From positions 1 through 64,000 of the forward strand of contig BTVI01000003.1 in the NCBI GenBank assembly GCA_045862955.1: a stretch of 64,000 bases of DNA, read 5' to 3'. This DNA comes from Fimbriimonadales bacterium. Lineage in GTDB: Bacteria > Armatimonadota > Fimbriimonadia > Fimbriimonadales > JABRVX01. The notes under the pieces are model-generated. The model ran no database searches, had not been told where the DNA came from, and saw nothing but the letters and a program-made list of their open reading frames with translations. Positions 10,641 through 28,605 of the stretch are shown in pieces. A program made the translations under genes and the position numbers. The stretch's first letter is position 1. Every line of letters begins with the position of its first letter.

Positions 10641-13600
10641 TCAGTCCTTCACGCTCTCTTCGCCCGATGGCTCCGCCGCCTCGGAAGGCGGCACGCCGTT
10701 GCCCTCTGTGCTAGTGACTATCTTATCGAGCGAGATGCCCGTGTCTGTTGCGCTATCCGACCCGAGGTCATCCATATCGTCGGGAACCCCGTTACCCTCG
10801 TGCGCTGCATGGTCGCCTTCTTCTTGTAGCAGCTCGCCCTCCTCACTCGCAAGCTGAGACAGGGTGAGACCTCGCGTGATCAGGTTGAGGTCGTCCTCCA
10901 TCTCCTCGCCCGCAAGCGCAGGGCCCACGAGAGCGGTAAGGGATCGCTCGGCCCACTCCGGAGCCTTGTCCACGTCGATGTCCATCTGCCGGTAGGCCGG
11001 GAATCCGGTGCCTGCGGGAATAAGCCGACCGATAATCACGTTTTCCTTCAGGCCGACTAGCTCGTCGCTCTTGCCGCGCACCGCGGCGTCTGTCAGGACT
11101 TTGGTGGTCTTCTGGAAGCTTGCGGCCGAGAGGAAGCTCTCGGTGGCGAGCGCTGCCTCGGTGATGCCCAGCAGTACCCAGTCTACGGTGGCTTCCTTCG
11201 GCTCGCGCTCCTTGGTCTCTCCCGTCTCCGGGTCGGTGTACTTCAACACGACGCCGCGCTCACGCATTCTTCGGATCCTCTCGTTCTCGCGCTTCAGTAC
11301 GAAGCGGTCCACGATCTGGCCCGGAAGGAATGGAGTGTCGCCGGGTTCCCGGACCTTACGCTTCCGCAGCATCTGGCGTGTGATCACCTCGATGTGCTTG
11401 TCGTTGATGTCCACGCCCTGCGCCTTGTAGACCGCCTGCACTTCTTGGACCACATACTCCTGCACGCCGCGCACGCCTCGAAGGCGCAGAACCTTGTGCG
11501 GATCGAGCGGGCCAGGGGTCAAGCGGTCGCCTGGGCGCACTACGTCACCCTCCTGGAACTCCAGCTTGCCGCGGTAGGGAACCAGGATGAGTTCCATCAC
11601 CTTGATGTGGGTGACGCCCTCTTCGAGCAGAGCGGCAATATGCTTGTCCTTCAGCTCCGTGCCTGCCTCGATCTCCACCTTGCCGGCCTTGATCGCCTCT
11701 GCGGCAAAGCGACCCGTCGGGCTGTAGTCGCGGATGTCCACTTCGCCCTCGATGACGACCCAGCGACCTTTGTCACGGGTCTCGATGCGCTTCACCACGC
11801 CACCGATCTCGGTGATAATCGCTTCGCCCTTCGGGCCCTTCTTCGGGTCTCGCGGGTTCTTGTAGCCGCGACCTCGGGCCTCGAATAGCTCTTCTACTCG
11901 GTTGATACCGGAGAACTCCGATTCGAGCAGCTTGACCAGTCGCTGCGTCCAGCTCTTGGTTGCGTCGTGCTTTCTCTTCTCGCTATCCTTGGCACCGGCG
12001 ACGGCTCGAGAGCGTTCCTTCTTCGCCTTCGCGGGGGCCGCATCTCCAGCCCTCGAAGGGTCGGTTCTCAAGAACTCCTCGGCGACCTTGCGTCGTTCAT
12101 CATCCAGCTTGACGATCTCTTCGCCAGAGAACTGGACCAGACCACGCTCCTCGTCGGACATCAGCTCCGCGATATTGCGCTTGGCCTCTCCCATCTCCTT
12201 GACACCCGCGATGGTGAGACCTGCAATGCCTCCGGTGTGGAAGGTACGCATCGTAAGCTGCGTGCCCGGCTCTCCGATGGACTGCGCAGCGATGATGCCT
12301 ACGGCTGTGCCGATTTCCACGGTCCTACCGAGCGCGAGGTCACGTCCGTAGCACTTCGCGCAGATGCCCTGCTCCAACTCGCAGGTGAGAGGGGACCGAA
12401 TCTCCACTCCGAGCCGGTTTCGCTCGTCTATCTTGAAGCCGGCTGAGCGGTATTTCTCCTGGAACTTCTGCACATCGGGCGAGGTGCGTCCGCTCTTGGC
12501 CTGAAGTTCCTCCAGAGCTTGCCAGTATCGAGTGACGATTTGCTCGATTGTTTGGGCTTGGGCGTCAGAGATCTCCTCGTCCACGTCCACGATCACGTCG
12601 CCCGTGTCCGGGTCGGTAATCCTGGCAAGTGAGGTGCGCCCTGCAGCGCGCTCGGACAGCTTCTCGATCACCTCGCCATCCTTCTCCAGGCGCTGCACCG
12701 TGATACCCTCGGAGGTTCCGCAGTCGTGTTCTCGGATGATCACGTCCTGCGACACGTCCACCATGCGACGTGTTAGGTAGCCCGCGTCGGCGGTTCGAAG
12801 TGCGGTGTCGGCGAGCCCCTTGCGTGCACCATACGTCGAGACGAAATACTCGAAGATGGAGAGCCCCTCGTGGAACGACGAGCGGATCGGCAAGTCCTCG
12901 ATCAGGCGGCCGAACTGGTCGGAAATGAGGCCGCGCATACCTGCGAGCTGAGTGAGCTGCTTCACCGAGCCGCGGGCGCCGGAGTCGGTGACGATCATCA
13001 GCGGGTTGTACTGATCGAACGTTTTGAGGATCTCTTTTGCCACGTCATCGTAGGCCTTGGTCCACTGCTCTGTCAGGCGGCGGTGCCGCTCCTGGTCGTT
13101 CAGCATTCCTCGGTCGTAGCGCTCCTTGTCGAGCGCCGCGGCCTGCTCGGTCTCGCTGATGATGCGGTGACGCGCCTCGGGCGGGTCCATGTCGGTCATG
13201 GAGATGGTGATAGCGGACTGGGTGGCATAGCGAAAGCCTAGGTCCTTCAGCGCGTCCAGCAGCGTGATGGTGGCATCCGAACCCGCCAACAGATGACAGT
13301 CGTTGATCACTTCTGCGATGGCCTTCTTCGTGAGCAGAAGGTTCGTGTACTTGTCCCGGTAGCGCATCTGTGGCGGAAGCACTTCGTTGAAAATGATCCG
13401 TCCGGGGGTCGTCTCGATGATCTTCTTCTCACCGGTATCTGGGTCGGTCACCCGCACATCCACGGGATCGTGCAGGTCGATCTCACCCATGTCCATCAGG
13501 CACAACACTTCGTCCGGCCGCGCGAATACCACCTTGCGCTTCTCCGCCTTCTTGTTGCGCATCGTGAGGTAGTAGCAGCCGAGAACGATGTCCTGGATCG

Positions 13601-15356
13601 GTGAGACGATGGGGCGCCCGTTAGCCGGCGAGAACAGGTTGTTCGTAGAGAGCATCAGCACGCGGGCTTCCGCCTGGGCGTTCGCGGAGAGCGGCACGTG
13701 CACGGCCATCTGGTCTCCGTCGAAGTCTGCGTTGTAGGCATGACAGACCATCGGGTGCACCTGGATGGCTTTGCCGTCCACGAGCACTGGCTGGAAAGCC
13801 TGAATGCCCAGGCGGTGTAGCGTCGGCGCGCGGTTCAGCAGCACGGGATGCTCGGCAATGACGTCCTCGAGGCTGTCCCACACCGTCGGGTGCATTCTGT
13901 CAATCAAGCGTTTGGCGCTCTTGATGTTCTGGCTGACGCTCCTCTCGACGAGTGTCTTCATGACGAGCGGCTTGAACAGCTCGAGAGCCATCTCCTTTGG
14001 CAGACCGCACTGGTGCAGTTGGAGGTGCGGGCCGACCACAATAACCGAGCGTCCGGAGTAGTCCACACGCTTGCCGAGCAGGTTCTTGCGGAAGCGACCC
14101 TCCTTGCCTTTCAGCATGTCGGAGAGGGACTTCAGCGGGCGGTTGTTGGAGCCGACGACGGGCCGCGTGCGGCGGCCGTTATCGATCAGCGCGTCCACGG
14201 CTTCCTGAAGCAGGCGTTTCTCGTGGTTGATAATGCTCTCCGGAGCCCGAATCTCGATGATCTTCTTCAGGCGGTTGTTCCGGTTGATGATGCGCCGGTA
14301 CAGGTCGTTCAGGTCGGAAGTGGCAAACCGTCCTCCGTCGAGCTGCACCATGGGGCGAAGTTCCGGCGAGATGACTGGCACCTGCGTCAGCACCATCCAT
14401 TCCGGCCGGCTTCGCGACTTGTGCAGTGCCTCGATGATTTCCAACCTCTTGATCGCCCGCGCGCGGCGTGGTCCGGAGGTGCTGATAATTTCGTGCCTTA
14501 GCTCGCGACTAAGCCTGTCGAGGTCCACTTGTGCGAGCAGGTCGTGAATTGCTGCCGCCCCGATGCCTGCACGAAGCAAGGAGCTGAAATCCTTGCCCGC
14601 TCGCCTGCTCGCCACTTCGAGCATTCGGTCAACGGCACGGTACTTGTCCTCGTCGATTAGTTGACGCCGTTCGAGGCGCTGAAGGATTTCGAGGGCAATT
14701 TCCATCTCGGCCTTGCGCTCTTCGGCTTCTCGGTATTCGGCCTTGATGCGGTCGTTGACTGCCTTCGTGCGCTCTTTGATGTGGTGCTCGTCGTAGACGT
14801 CCTTGTTCTCTTCGAGTTCCTCCGCAAACGCCTTGCGTAGCTCCTCCTCGGTCTGAGCGGCGCTCTCGTCTATGTAGCGCTTCTCTTCTTCGATCGCGCT
14901 CATCAACACGCCGAGGTTCTGCTCGATGCCCTCTCTATCTATGTCAATTACGATGAAGGAGGCGAAGTAGGCGACCTTCTCGAGAAGTCGAGGTGAGATG
15001 TCCAGGATAAGGCTGATGGGGCTCGGGACGCCTTTGAGGTACCAGATGTGGCACACTGGGGCGCACAGCTCGATGTGCCCCATACGCTCTCGGCGCACTT
15101 TCTGCCTGGTTACTTCGACCCCACAGCGCTCGCAGATGATGCCCTTGTACTTGACCTTCTTGTAGCGCCCGCAGTGACACTCCCAGTCCTTGACTGGGCC
15201 GAAGATTCGCTCGCAGAATAGCCCGTCACGCTCGGGCTTGAAGGTTCGATAGTTGATGGTTTCTGGCTTTCGCACCTCGCCATGCGACCAGCCGACGATG
15301 TCTTCCGGCGACGCGATGGCGATTTTGATCTTGTCGAAAGAACTGACGTCTGCCAT
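10641..15356 (-). CDS. rpoC: RNA polymerase beta' subunit
   Basis: [61 protein letters not shown]. Confidence 0.99.
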   Translation of the reverse strand: MADVSSFDKIKIAIASPEDIVGWSHGEVRKPETINYRTFKPERDGLFCERIFGPVKDWECHCGRYKKVKYKGIICERCGVEVTRQKVRRERMGHIELCAPVCHIWYLKGVPSPISLILDISPRLLEKVAYFASFIVIDIDREGIEQNLGVLMSAIEEEKRYIDESAAQTEEELRKAFAEELEENKDVYDEHHIKERTKAVNDRIKAEYREAEERKAEMEIALEILQRLERRQLIDEDKYRAVDRMLEVASRRAGKDFSSLLRAGIGAAAIHDLLAQVDLDRLSRELRHEIISTSGPRRARAIKRLEIIEALHKSRSRPEWMVLTQVPVISPELRPMVQLDGGRFATSDLNDLYRRIINRNNRLKKIIEIRAPESIINHEKRLLQEAVDALIDNGRRTRPVVGSNNRPLKSLSDMLKGKEGRFRKNLLGKRVDYSGRSVIVVGPHLQLHQCGLPKEMALELFKPLVMKTLVERSVSQNIKSAKRLIDRMHPTVWDSLEDVIAEHPVLLNRAPTLHRLGIQAFQPVLVDGKAIQVHPMVCHAYNADFDGDQMAVHVPLSANAQAEARVLMLSTNNLFSPANGRPIVSPIQDIVLGCYYLTMRNKKAEKRKVVFARPDEVLCLMDMGEIDLHDPVDVRVTDPDTGEKKIIETTPGRIIFNEVLPPQMRYRDKYTNLLLTKKAIAEVINDCHLLAGSDATITLLDALKDLGFRYATQSAITISMTDMDPPEARHRIISETEQAAALDKERYDRGMLNDQERHRRLTEQWTKAYDDVAKEILKTFDQYNPLMIVTDSGARGSVKQLTQLAGMRGLISDQFGRLIEDLPIRSSFHEGLSIFEYFVSTYGARKGLADTALRTADAGYLTRRMVDVSQDVIIREHDCGTSEGITVQRLEKDGEVIEKLSERAAGRTSLARITDPDTGDVIVDVDEEISDAQAQTIEQIVTRYWQALEELQAKSGRTSPDVQKFQEKYRSAGFKIDERNRLGVEIRSPLTCELEQGICAKCYGRDLALGRTVEIGTAVGIIAAQSIGEPGTQLTMRTFHTGGIAGLTIAGVKEMGEAKRNIAELMSDEERGLVQFSGEEIVKLDDERRKVAEEFLRTDPSRAGDAAPAKAKKERSRAVAGAKDSEKRKHDATKSWTQRLVKLLESEFSGINRVEELFEARGRGYKNPRDPKKGPKGEAIITEIGGVVKRIETRDKGRWVVIEGEVDIRDYSPTGRFAAEAIKAGKVEIEAGTELKDKHIAALLEEGVTHIKVMELILVPYRGKLEFQEGDVVRPGDRLTPGPLDPHKVLRLRGVRGVQEYVVQEVQAVYKAQGVDINDKHIEVITRQMLRKRKVREPGDTPFLPGQIVDRFVLKRENERIRRMRERGVVLKYTDPETGETKEREPKEATVDWVLLGITEAALATESFLSAASFQKTTKVLTDAAVRGKSDELVGLKENVIIGRLIPAGTGFPAYRQMDIDVDKAPEWAERSLTALVGPALAGEEMEDDLNLITRGLTLSQLASEEGELLQEEGDHAAHEGNGVPDDMDDLGSDSATDTGISLDKIVTSTEGNGVPPSEAAEPSGEESVKD

Positions 15357-15448
15357 TAGCCTGCTGCCTCTCCTCGCAACTTCGTGTTCCTGCGCCCTGG
15401 CTCAGGGCAAACCGTTATGTAGTGACGCCGCATTCTGGGCCGCGGCGC

Positions 15449-19714
<4,266 letters not shown>

Positions 19715-19784
19715 CCAGTTCCTCCTCCGGCGTGCGCGAACGCAAACTCTCAGTTGGGCTGTGGCATCGGCGCGCAGAAAAGAG

Positions 19785-19814
19785 AGACTACCCCGCCCGA
19801 CTTCACTCAGTCAA
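19785..19814 (-). promoter_or_regulatory. Sigma70-type promoter of rpoBC
   Basis: Minus strand TTGACT-18 nt-TAGTCT, ~70 nt upstream of the rpoB ATG. Confidence 0.6.
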
Positions 19815-19851
19815 GCAGGCTCGCTCGTCACCGGATTGAGGGACTAAAGAC

Positions 19852-20070
19852 CTAGTTACCTTGCGCTGGACCTCCCACTCCGCCGATCTCTGGCGGCCGA
19901 TTCCGGTTGGGATCGAAGTTCGGGTCGGTCTTTCGAGGGTCCTCCGGCAGCACGACGCCTTCCGCGCCCCCAGAGGTGCCACCCGCCAGGCTCCGGTACA
20001 GGAAGTAAGCGGCCACGAGAATCACCACCAGCGCGATAATGGCCACGACGTTGGAGCCGGACTTCTTCAC
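19852..20070 (-). CDS. Small single-pass membrane protein, partner of the upstream prepilin-type gene
   Basis: 72 aa, one hydrophobic helix and a Pro/Gly-rich tail; GGAGGTG RBS; 18 nt after the prepilin stop. Confidence 0.7.
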   Translation of the reverse strand: MKKSGSNVVAIIALVVILVAAYFLYRSLAGGTSGGAEGVVLPEDPRKTDPNFDPNRNRPPEIGGVGGPAQGN

Positions 20071-20088
20071 TGGGTCACCTCCTGCGCA

Positions 20089-20871
20089 CTACCACCAGAT
20101 ACAGCTATCGATCAGCAGCCACTTGACCTTCGCATCGTTCAGGTCCACGTACGCCTCGGACCAGCAGTTGGAGGGGGGCACCTGGCCGTTGGGGAGGAGG
20201 GACTTGGTTGGGAACTTTTTGCAGTGCCCATCGGCGAAAGCTACAGTGGCTCCCAGAGCGTGTCGGGTGCCGAGCGAGGTAGTCGCCGTGTTGTTCGGCT
20301 GTCCGTTTGCGCCCACGCCGCAAGCACCTGCCGCCTCTTTGTTGCTGGCGAGGTAGCCCCTACAGTGTTGGTCTCGCGTTGGGTCTCGCGGGTCCTTCGG
20401 CATTCCGTCGGCAAAGATCACTACCGTCGTCGGGGTCTGCATCTTCTTATAGCTGACGGGAATCAGCTGCATCGTGTCGGTCCGATACCAGCCGAAGATG
20501 TTCGTGTTGAGGCCGAGGGAGTTGTGTTTTCGGGTCGCCCAGGTGTCGCCGTAGACTGTGCCAGCGGCTGCTGGGCAGCCGTGAACGGCCTTATCCTTGA
20601 TGTACTTCTTCGCGAGGCCGATCCAGATGGGAGTATTCGGATACGGCTCTCCTTGCACGTTGTGGTAGTAGGCCCGAAGGATCATCATCATGTTGTAGTC
20701 TTCGCTGTACATCAGGCAACCCTTGTTGATTTGGTTGCAGTTGGATAGGCAGGAGGCGGCCATGGCCGACTCGCGTGCCCGCGCGAAGACCGGGAAGAGG
20801 ATAGCTGCGAGAATCGCTATAATTGCGATCACGACCAGAAGCTCGATGAGGGTGAAGCCTCTACGCTGCAT
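20089..20871 (-). CDS. Prepilin-type N-terminal cleavage/methylation protein (DUF1559-like, H-x9-DG)
   Basis: [30 protein letters not shown]...CLSN; C-terminal [14 protein letters not shown]. Confidence 0.92.
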   Translation of the reverse strand: MQRRGFTLIELLVVIAIIAILAAILFPVFARARESAMAASCLSNCNQINKGCLMYSEDYNMMMILRAYYHNVQGEPYPNTPIWIGLAKKYIKDKAVHGCPAAAGTVYGDTWATRKHNSLGLNTNIFGWYRTDTMQLIPVSYKKMQTPTTVVIFADGMPKDPRDPTRDQHCRGYLASNKEAAGACGVGANGQPNNTATTSLGTRHALGATVAFADGHCKKFPTKSLLPNGQVPPSNCWSEAYVDLNDAKVKWLLIDSCIWW

Positions 20872-20936
20872 TCGTCGTGTACCTCCTTAGGGTTAAATGA
20901 ATCAGCTTACGACGTCTATATGATTCCGCCGGTGAG

Positions 20937-20965
20937 AGTGTATCGCACTTCTGCCTACGCGTCAA
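20937..20965 (-). promoter_or_regulatory. Sigma70-type promoter of the prepilin-type gene
   Basis: Minus strand TTGACG-17 nt-TACACT. Confidence 0.65.
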
Positions 20966-21005
20966 GTCGGACGGCTTCCGGCACCAGCCGGGGCGTCTCA
21001 CCACC

Positions 21006-21566
21006 ATGATTCGCCGCCCTCGGTTCGTGATCCTGGATCGCGACGGCGTCATCAATCGCGACCGCGATGACTACGTCAAGAGCCTGGATGAACTCGAGAT
21101 TTTCCCATGGGCTGCTCCTGCCATCGCGGAGGCCACTCATTCAGGTTATCGGGTGGCTGTGGTCTCGAACCAGCAGGCGGTTGCCAAGGGCCTGCTGACC
21201 CCGGAAGGCTTGCGCCAAATCGAACAAGCGATTGTGGCCGAGGTACGCGCGGCGGGCGGGGAGATCGAGGCATTCCGCTACTGCACGCACCTTTCGAGCG
21301 AAGACTGCGAATGCCGGAAGCCGAAACCCGGCATGATATTGGACCTCCAGCGGACGTATGGCTTCGAGCCTCGCGAGACCTTCTTCATTGGGGACACGAA
21401 GAAGGACGTGCTGGCAGCGAGGGCCGCAGGCTGCCGGCCTTTGCTGGTGCTTAGCGGTCATGTTCGACGAGAGGACGTTGCGGGGCTGAGCGAACAGCCC
21501 GAGCGAGTCTTCGAGCACCTAGGAGAGGCGGTGCGCTGGGTGCTGAGTCAGGGTGAGGAAGGCTAA
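21006..21566 (+). CDS. gmhB: D-glycero-D-manno-heptose 1,7-bisphosphate phosphatase (HAD IIIA)
   Basis: LDRDGVIN, VSNQ, CTH..CECRKPKPGM, IGDT. Confidence 0.88.
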   Translation: MIRRPRFVILDRDGVINRDRDDYVKSLDELEIFPWAAPAIAEATHSGYRVAVVSNQQAVAKGLLTPEGLRQIEQAIVAEVRAAGGEIEAFRYCTHLSSEDCECRKPKPGMILDLQRTYGFEPRETFFIGDTKKDVLAARAAGCRPLLVLSGHVRREDVAGLSEQPERVFEHLGEAVRWVLSQGEEG

Positions 21567-22072
21567 CGGCGCGAGATGCTGCTCAGAGCTGCTAGCTCCA
21601 GCAGTCGCTCGTCTCCAGGGCAGCGCTCGAGTGCCTCGCGGGCAGCCGCCTGCGCGGCGCTCCTCTGGCCCAAGCCGATGAGAGAGCTAATACGAATCTC
21701 GTGCAGCATGGCAAGCACCGGATCGGGCTCTGCTTCGCCCCCGGTGAACTCGTCGAGAACAGCGAGGCCGGTCTCGGCGGCCGCAAGGGCGTCTTCCCAC
21801 CGCTCGAGCGTGTGCAGCGCACGGGCTCGTTCGGCTATTGCCTCGAGTGCGTCCGGGACGATCTCGAGCGCCCGGTCATAGGACGCGACTGCTTCCTCGC
21901 AACGTCCGGCCTCCTGGAGGATGTCGCCTTTGAGGGTGAGCGCCTCGGGATTCTCCGGTTCGGCATGCAGCGCGCGGTCCACCCACTCGAGCGCTAGCTC
22001 GGGGTTCCTGCAGTCGAAGCAGAGCCACTCCGCCAGGTCTATGTACTTGTCGGTGCGGTGAACCGGACGCAT
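21563..22072 (-). CDS. TPR-repeat protein
   Basis: ALHAEPENPEALTLKGDIL..EEAVASYDRALE; start 22072 or 22081. Confidence 0.8.
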   Translation of the reverse strand: MRPVHRTDKYIDLAEWLCFDCRNPELALEWVDRALHAEPENPEALTLKGDILQEAGRCEEAVASYDRALEIVPDALEAIAERARALHTLERWEDALAAAETGLAVLDEFTGGEAEPDPVLAMLHEIRISSLIGLGQRSAAQAAAREALERCPGDERLLELAALSSISRR

Positions 22073-22112
22073 GGGGTGCATCGAGTATACCGATGCACCG
22101 TGCCGGCCGAGC

Positions 22113-22208
22113 TCAGTTCGCCAAGATGTCGCGGACGTAGTAGACGACGCCGAAGATGGCGATTGCCGCCACGATGAGAGCTAGTACCGTGCCGAAGCTG
22201 CCGTACAT
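22113..22208 (-). CDS. Putative 31-aa single-helix membrane protein (MYGSFGTVLALIVAAIAIFGVVYYVRDILAN)
   Basis: ATG preceded by GGAAGGTGG; clean hydrophobic helix; lies in an otherwise intergenic gap. Confidence 0.55.
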   Translation of the reverse strand: MYGSFGTVLALIVAAIAIFGVVYYVRDILAN

Positions 22209-22368
22209 GCTATGCCCACCTTCCCTTGCCGATTGCAGTCGGGCTCGGATTCCTAGATGACGTTCCACGGCGCGATGGCGCCGCAGGCCAGTCGGTCTAG
22301 CGGGAGCCGGAGAAGCCGGCACGCTTCCCTGCCGGCAGTTTCGCCGTCACGGGGTTTGGGCACGCGTG

Positions 22369-22388
22369 CGGCGGGACGCCGGAATTAC
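22369..22388 (-). repeat. REP-like family B copy
   Basis: CGGCGGGACGCCGGAATTAC, identical to 7962-7981. Confidence 0.7.
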
Positions 22389-22441
22389 CGGGGACCGGCT
22401 GGCGCGCGGCGTCACGCGTGGCAGCCGAGGCGGTATACTAA

Positions 22442-24862
<2,421 letters not shown>

Positions 24863-24866
<4 letters not shown>

Positions 24867-25876
24867 CGGTCCCGCGAGACCACGAAGTCGGCGATGCGAG
24901 CGAGACACGCGGCGGCGGGAGTGTCGGGAAGAGGTGAGAGCGACGCCATCGCGGACTGAACGTGCGCGACTGCAAGTTCGCGCGCTCGCTCGAAGCCCCC
25001 GGAGCGCTCGATCATGCTAATCACCTCGGTCATTCGCCCGTTGTCTGCGTCTCTGCCGAACTGCCTTCTCAGAATGTCACGGTCCGAGTCCGGCGCGCTC
25101 ACCAGCGCATGGATCACGGGCAGCGTCGGGCATCCCTCTCGGAAGTCGCCGCCGATTGCCTTTCCGGTTTTTTCTGGGTCGCCTCGAAAGTCCAGGATGT
25201 CGTCGGCGAGTTGGAAGGCCATCCCGACGTGATGGCCATACTTGCCCAGCAGCTCTTCTTCTGTCTGGTCCGCCCCACCGATGCGCGCCCCAGCGCGACA
25301 ACATGCCTCGACGAAGACCGCGGTCTTCTTCCGCACGATCTCGAGGTGCTTTTGGGGCGTGAGGTCGAGGCAACCGAGCGACTCCACTTCCGCCACCTCA
25401 CCTTCACTCATCGCCACCACGGCTTCTGCCACCATACGCATTAGGCCGAGGTCGTCGTCCATGGCGAGCAAGCGCATTGCCTTGCTGAGGAGCACGTCGC
25501 CGGCGAGCACGCCGATGCGATTGCCGTACAGGGCGTTTGCGGTGGGGCGGCCGCGGCGCGTGCGGCTCTCGTCGATCACGTCGTCGTGGATTAGGGTGGC
25601 CATGTGCACCATCTCCATCGCGGCGCCGATGAGATGCACGCGGGTGGACCTGAATGGCTTCCCGGTTGCGCGGGCGGCGAGACTGACGATGGCAGGACGC
25701 AGGCGCTTGCCTCCCGCGGTGAAGATGTTTCGTGCAGCGCTTTCGACGGTGGGAAGCTGGGACTCGATCTCCCTCGCGATGAGGAATTCCACGGCGGCGA
25801 TGTCATCGGCGACTGCCTGCATCAGCCAGGGTGGCGCTGAGGACTGGAGCGCGTCCAGGCATGGGACCGCGCTCAC
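24863..25876 (-). CDS. Polyprenyl diphosphate synthase
   Basis: GGKRLRP, ATLIHDDVID..RRG, FQLADDILD. Confidence 0.93.
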
Positions 25877-26592
25877 TTCACACCTCGCAGTACGGTAAGC
25901 ATCCCGAATGCAAGATCGTGCGTTTCTGCCTCGCGAAAGCCTGCTTCCAGGGTAAGTCTCTTCAACTCATCCCGATCGGGGAAGTGATCGAGCGAGTTGG
26001 GCAGATAGGTGTACGCGCTCTTCCAGCCGAGGGTCGCACCGATGAGCGGCACGAGGCGATAGAAGTAGAACCGGGCAGGGCGAGCGAGCAGGCCCTTGGG
26101 ACGAGCGATGTCCAGCACGACGAAGCGACCACCATCGGCGAGCACGCGGTGCATCTCGCGAAGCCCCGCGGGGATGTCCGCCATGTTTCTCAGGCCCCAG
26201 CCGACGGTGATGGCGTCTACGCTGGCGTCGGCGAGTGGGAGACGGAGAGCATCTGCCATGGCCCAGCGCAACGGTGTGCCAGCGGACTTTCGCTTGGCGA
26301 TAGTGAGCATGGGCTGGGCGAAGTCCACTCCGAGCACCAGCCCGGCACCCGCTGCCCGAAGGTCGAAGGCGAAGTCGCCCGTGCCGCAGCAGAGATCGAG
26401 TGCGCGTTCGCCTGGGCTGAGGGGAAGGAGACGGACGGCTTTTCGGCGCCATCGCCGGTGTGAGCCTGCCGTCATGACGGTATTGATGAGGTCGTAGACC
26501 GGGGCGATGTCCGAGAACATGGTGCGGACGTAGGAGCTACGCGCCTCCCCCGTCGTCTGCCACGGGTTGTCTCGGGTCGCCACAGACATCAC
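25873..26592 (-). CDS. menG: Demethylmenaquinone methyltransferase (UbiE/MenG)
   Basis: MFSDIAPVYDLINTVMT, LDLCCGTGD, GWGLRN, AYTYLPNS. Confidence 0.9.
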   Translation of the reverse strand: MMSVATRDNPWQTTGEARSSYVRTMFSDIAPVYDLINTVMTAGSHRRWRRKAVRLLPLSPGERALDLCCGTGDFAFDLRAAGAGLVLGVDFAQPMLTIAKRKSAGTPLRWAMADALRLPLADASVDAITVGWGLRNMADIPAGLREMHRVLADGGRFVVLDIARPKGLLARPARFYFYRLVPLIGATLGWKSAYTYLPNSLDHFPDRDELKRLTLEAGFREAETHDLAFGMLTVLRGVK

Positions 26593-26770
26593 CCAGTCCT
26601 TTCTCGGAGGCTATCTTACCCGTCCTTCCGGCGGATTTCACTTTTTTCTGAAAAGATGCGACACTAGGACTGCTGCAGTGGCGTGCGGGACCGGCGTTCC
26701 TTCCCGGGGTAATGCACTTCTACGAAGCAGTCGTGCGGCGCAGCCGAAGTATCACCGCTTCCCGGGCGAC

Positions 26771-26794
26771 CATCCGGCGGGACGCCGGAACTAC
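26771..26794 (-). repeat. REP-like family B copy
   Basis: Minus strand GTAGTTCCGGCGTCCCGCCGGATG. Confidence 0.7.
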
Positions 26795-26810
26795 GAGTGC
26801 CCTGTCGCAG

Positions 26811-28550
26811 CTACTTCCCGATGCTCTGCAGGAACTGCTCGACGGGTTGGCCCTCACGCACTTCGTGGATGCCGAAGCGCCGGATCTTCTCTGCCACTAC
26901 GTCCGCATACTTCGCGCGTTCCTCGGGCGTCTCGGCCTGTGCCAGTCGCGTGTAGTCTATGGCGAGGCGAGCCTTCTGCACGCGCGCGAGCTCCGGCCTA
27001 CCCACCGCCAGCCTCTCCGCCTCTGCGAATAGCTCCTCGGCCTTGTCCACGATGTCCTTCCGCAGGTAACCGAGGTTTTTCGGATGGTCATAGATGCCGA
27101 AGTGGATATTTTCTTTTTTCACCGCGTCGTGCAACAGGCGCAGGTAGTCGCGGATGGGACGTGCTCCCTTGCCGTAGTAGGCGTTGACGAACTCGTCCAC
27201 CAGCTTCCACACGTCGCGCGATGGGTCCCATAGCAGTTTGGCGAGCACCCAGGATCGCAGTTCCGCGAACTCCGATCCTCCACCTCGCGGGTAGGCACCT
27301 TCGTAGAAGATGCCCTTGACGCCAAGCTTCTTGTACGCTCGCGTGCTACCCGCAAGCTCGTCGAAGTCCGGAAACGGTGCGAGGTAGTGCGCGAAGTTGG
27401 TGTTATAGTGCCAGATGTACAGGTTGTCCGTGATAGCAGCCCAGGCAAGAAGGTTCTCGTAGGGCTTCTTGTTGCGCTCGCAAGCGTCGATCGGATGTCC
27501 GAAGCAGTTGCCGATGGGTGCCATGCGAACCCGTACGTTCGGATGAGGTCGCACCTTCTTCGGAGGCTGCTCGGTCCACTGATAAGCGAGCGTGTCGATC
27601 AGCTTGTCTGGGTGGTCTTTGCACACCTGCTCGGCGACTGCATTGACGAACCGAAGGACGAGGCCGGACTGCGCTCCCTCTTCTTCGATCACTTTCTTGC
27701 ACTCGGCGCACTGACAACATCCGTACCAGTCGTTCTGCGACACGGAGAAGATGCGCGCCTCGGGGTGTTCGCGAATCCAACGACGCACACACTCCACTGT
27801 CAGTCGCAAGACATCGGGGTTCGTCAGGCATAGCTGTCCGCCGTCCACCTTGCGCACGCCGTCCAGCTCGGAGTAGTACTCGGGGTGTTCGGCGAAGTAT
27901 TGCTCGGGCGGCAGGATGGCCCAAAAGCTGTGGACGAAGGGCTGATAGCCGATCTTGCCCCCGGTCTCTTCATCCAGCTGCATGAAGCTACCGTTGCATC
28001 GGTTGCGTGCGGCCCAGTCTTTGTCCCACGCTTCCGTGTAGAAGGGCTCTCGGTACTCGAACGCAGGTATCACGACGGACGATATGGGCGGTACTGTTAG
28101 CGTTCGGTGCTTCGGCATTACCGTCACGTCGGTGGCATACCAGCGGCATCCTAACACGTCCTCCAAGAAGCCGTAGACTGCATACATGGTGGCCCTCGGC
28201 GTCATGCCACCTAGCACGAGCGTGTCGAAGACGGTGCGAATCACGTATCCCTCGTCGCCGAGCGCCTTTGCGTCGAACGGGATCCGCAGTCCGCGAATGG
28301 CCACGTTGTTCTGCGGGTTGCCGAGCAGGATAGCCTTCGCCGGGTTGGGCGGATGGTCCGAGCGGATGGGCAGGCTCACGCCAGTGATCCGGTAGAGCGA
28401 GGTTTGTAGCTCACGAGCGGCGCGCGCTTCGGCCGGCGCGGGACGGGACGGGATGACAATCGCATACTCCGACTTACCGTCCGCAGCCAAGGCGAGCGGC
28501 CCGGCTGCTGCCCCAGCTGCGTTCAGTGCCACCAGGAACGCCATGATCAT
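26811..28550 (-). CDS. Secreted DUF4838-like protein (glycoside hydrolase-like, GH67/GH20 N-terminal-like domain)
   Basis: Signal peptide, LGDEGYVIR, YGFLEDVLGCRW, PAFEYR, QLCLTNP, SVSQND..CQCAEC. Confidence 0.8.
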   Translation of the reverse strand: MIMAFLVALNAAGAAAGPLALAADGKSEYAIVIPSRPAPAEARAARELQTSLYRITGVSLPIRSDHPPNPAKAILLGNPQNNVAIRGLRIPFDAKALGDEGYVIRTVFDTLVLGGMTPRATMYAVYGFLEDVLGCRWYATDVTVMPKHRTLTVPPISSVVIPAFEYREPFYTEAWDKDWAARNRCNGSFMQLDEETGGKIGYQPFVHSFWAILPPEQYFAEHPEYYSELDGVRKVDGGQLCLTNPDVLRLTVECVRRWIREHPEARIFSVSQNDWYGCCQCAECKKVIEEEGAQSGLVLRFVNAVAEQVCKDHPDKLIDTLAYQWTEQPPKKVRPHPNVRVRMAPIGNCFGHPIDACERNKKPYENLLAWAAITDNLYIWHYNTNFAHYLAPFPDFDELAGSTRAYKKLGVKGIFYEGAYPRGGGSEFAELRSWVLAKLLWDPSRDVWKLVDEFVNAYYGKGARPIRDYLRLLHDAVKKENIHFGIYDHPKNLGYLRKDIVDKAEELFAEAERLAVGRPELARVQKARLAIDYTRLAQAETPEERAKYADVVAEKIRRFGIHEVREGQPVEQFLQSIGK

Positions 28551-28605
28551 GTCGTACCTCCTGCTGGGGAGTTAGGCAACCGTGCCGAGACTCCTTGCGA
28601 CAGCG

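Noticed and set aside
15403..15442. GGGCAAACC...GACGC resembling a c-di-GMP-I riboswitch between rpoB and rpoC
   Set aside because: It is on the strand opposite to rpoBC and lacks the GAAA-capped stem and second stem
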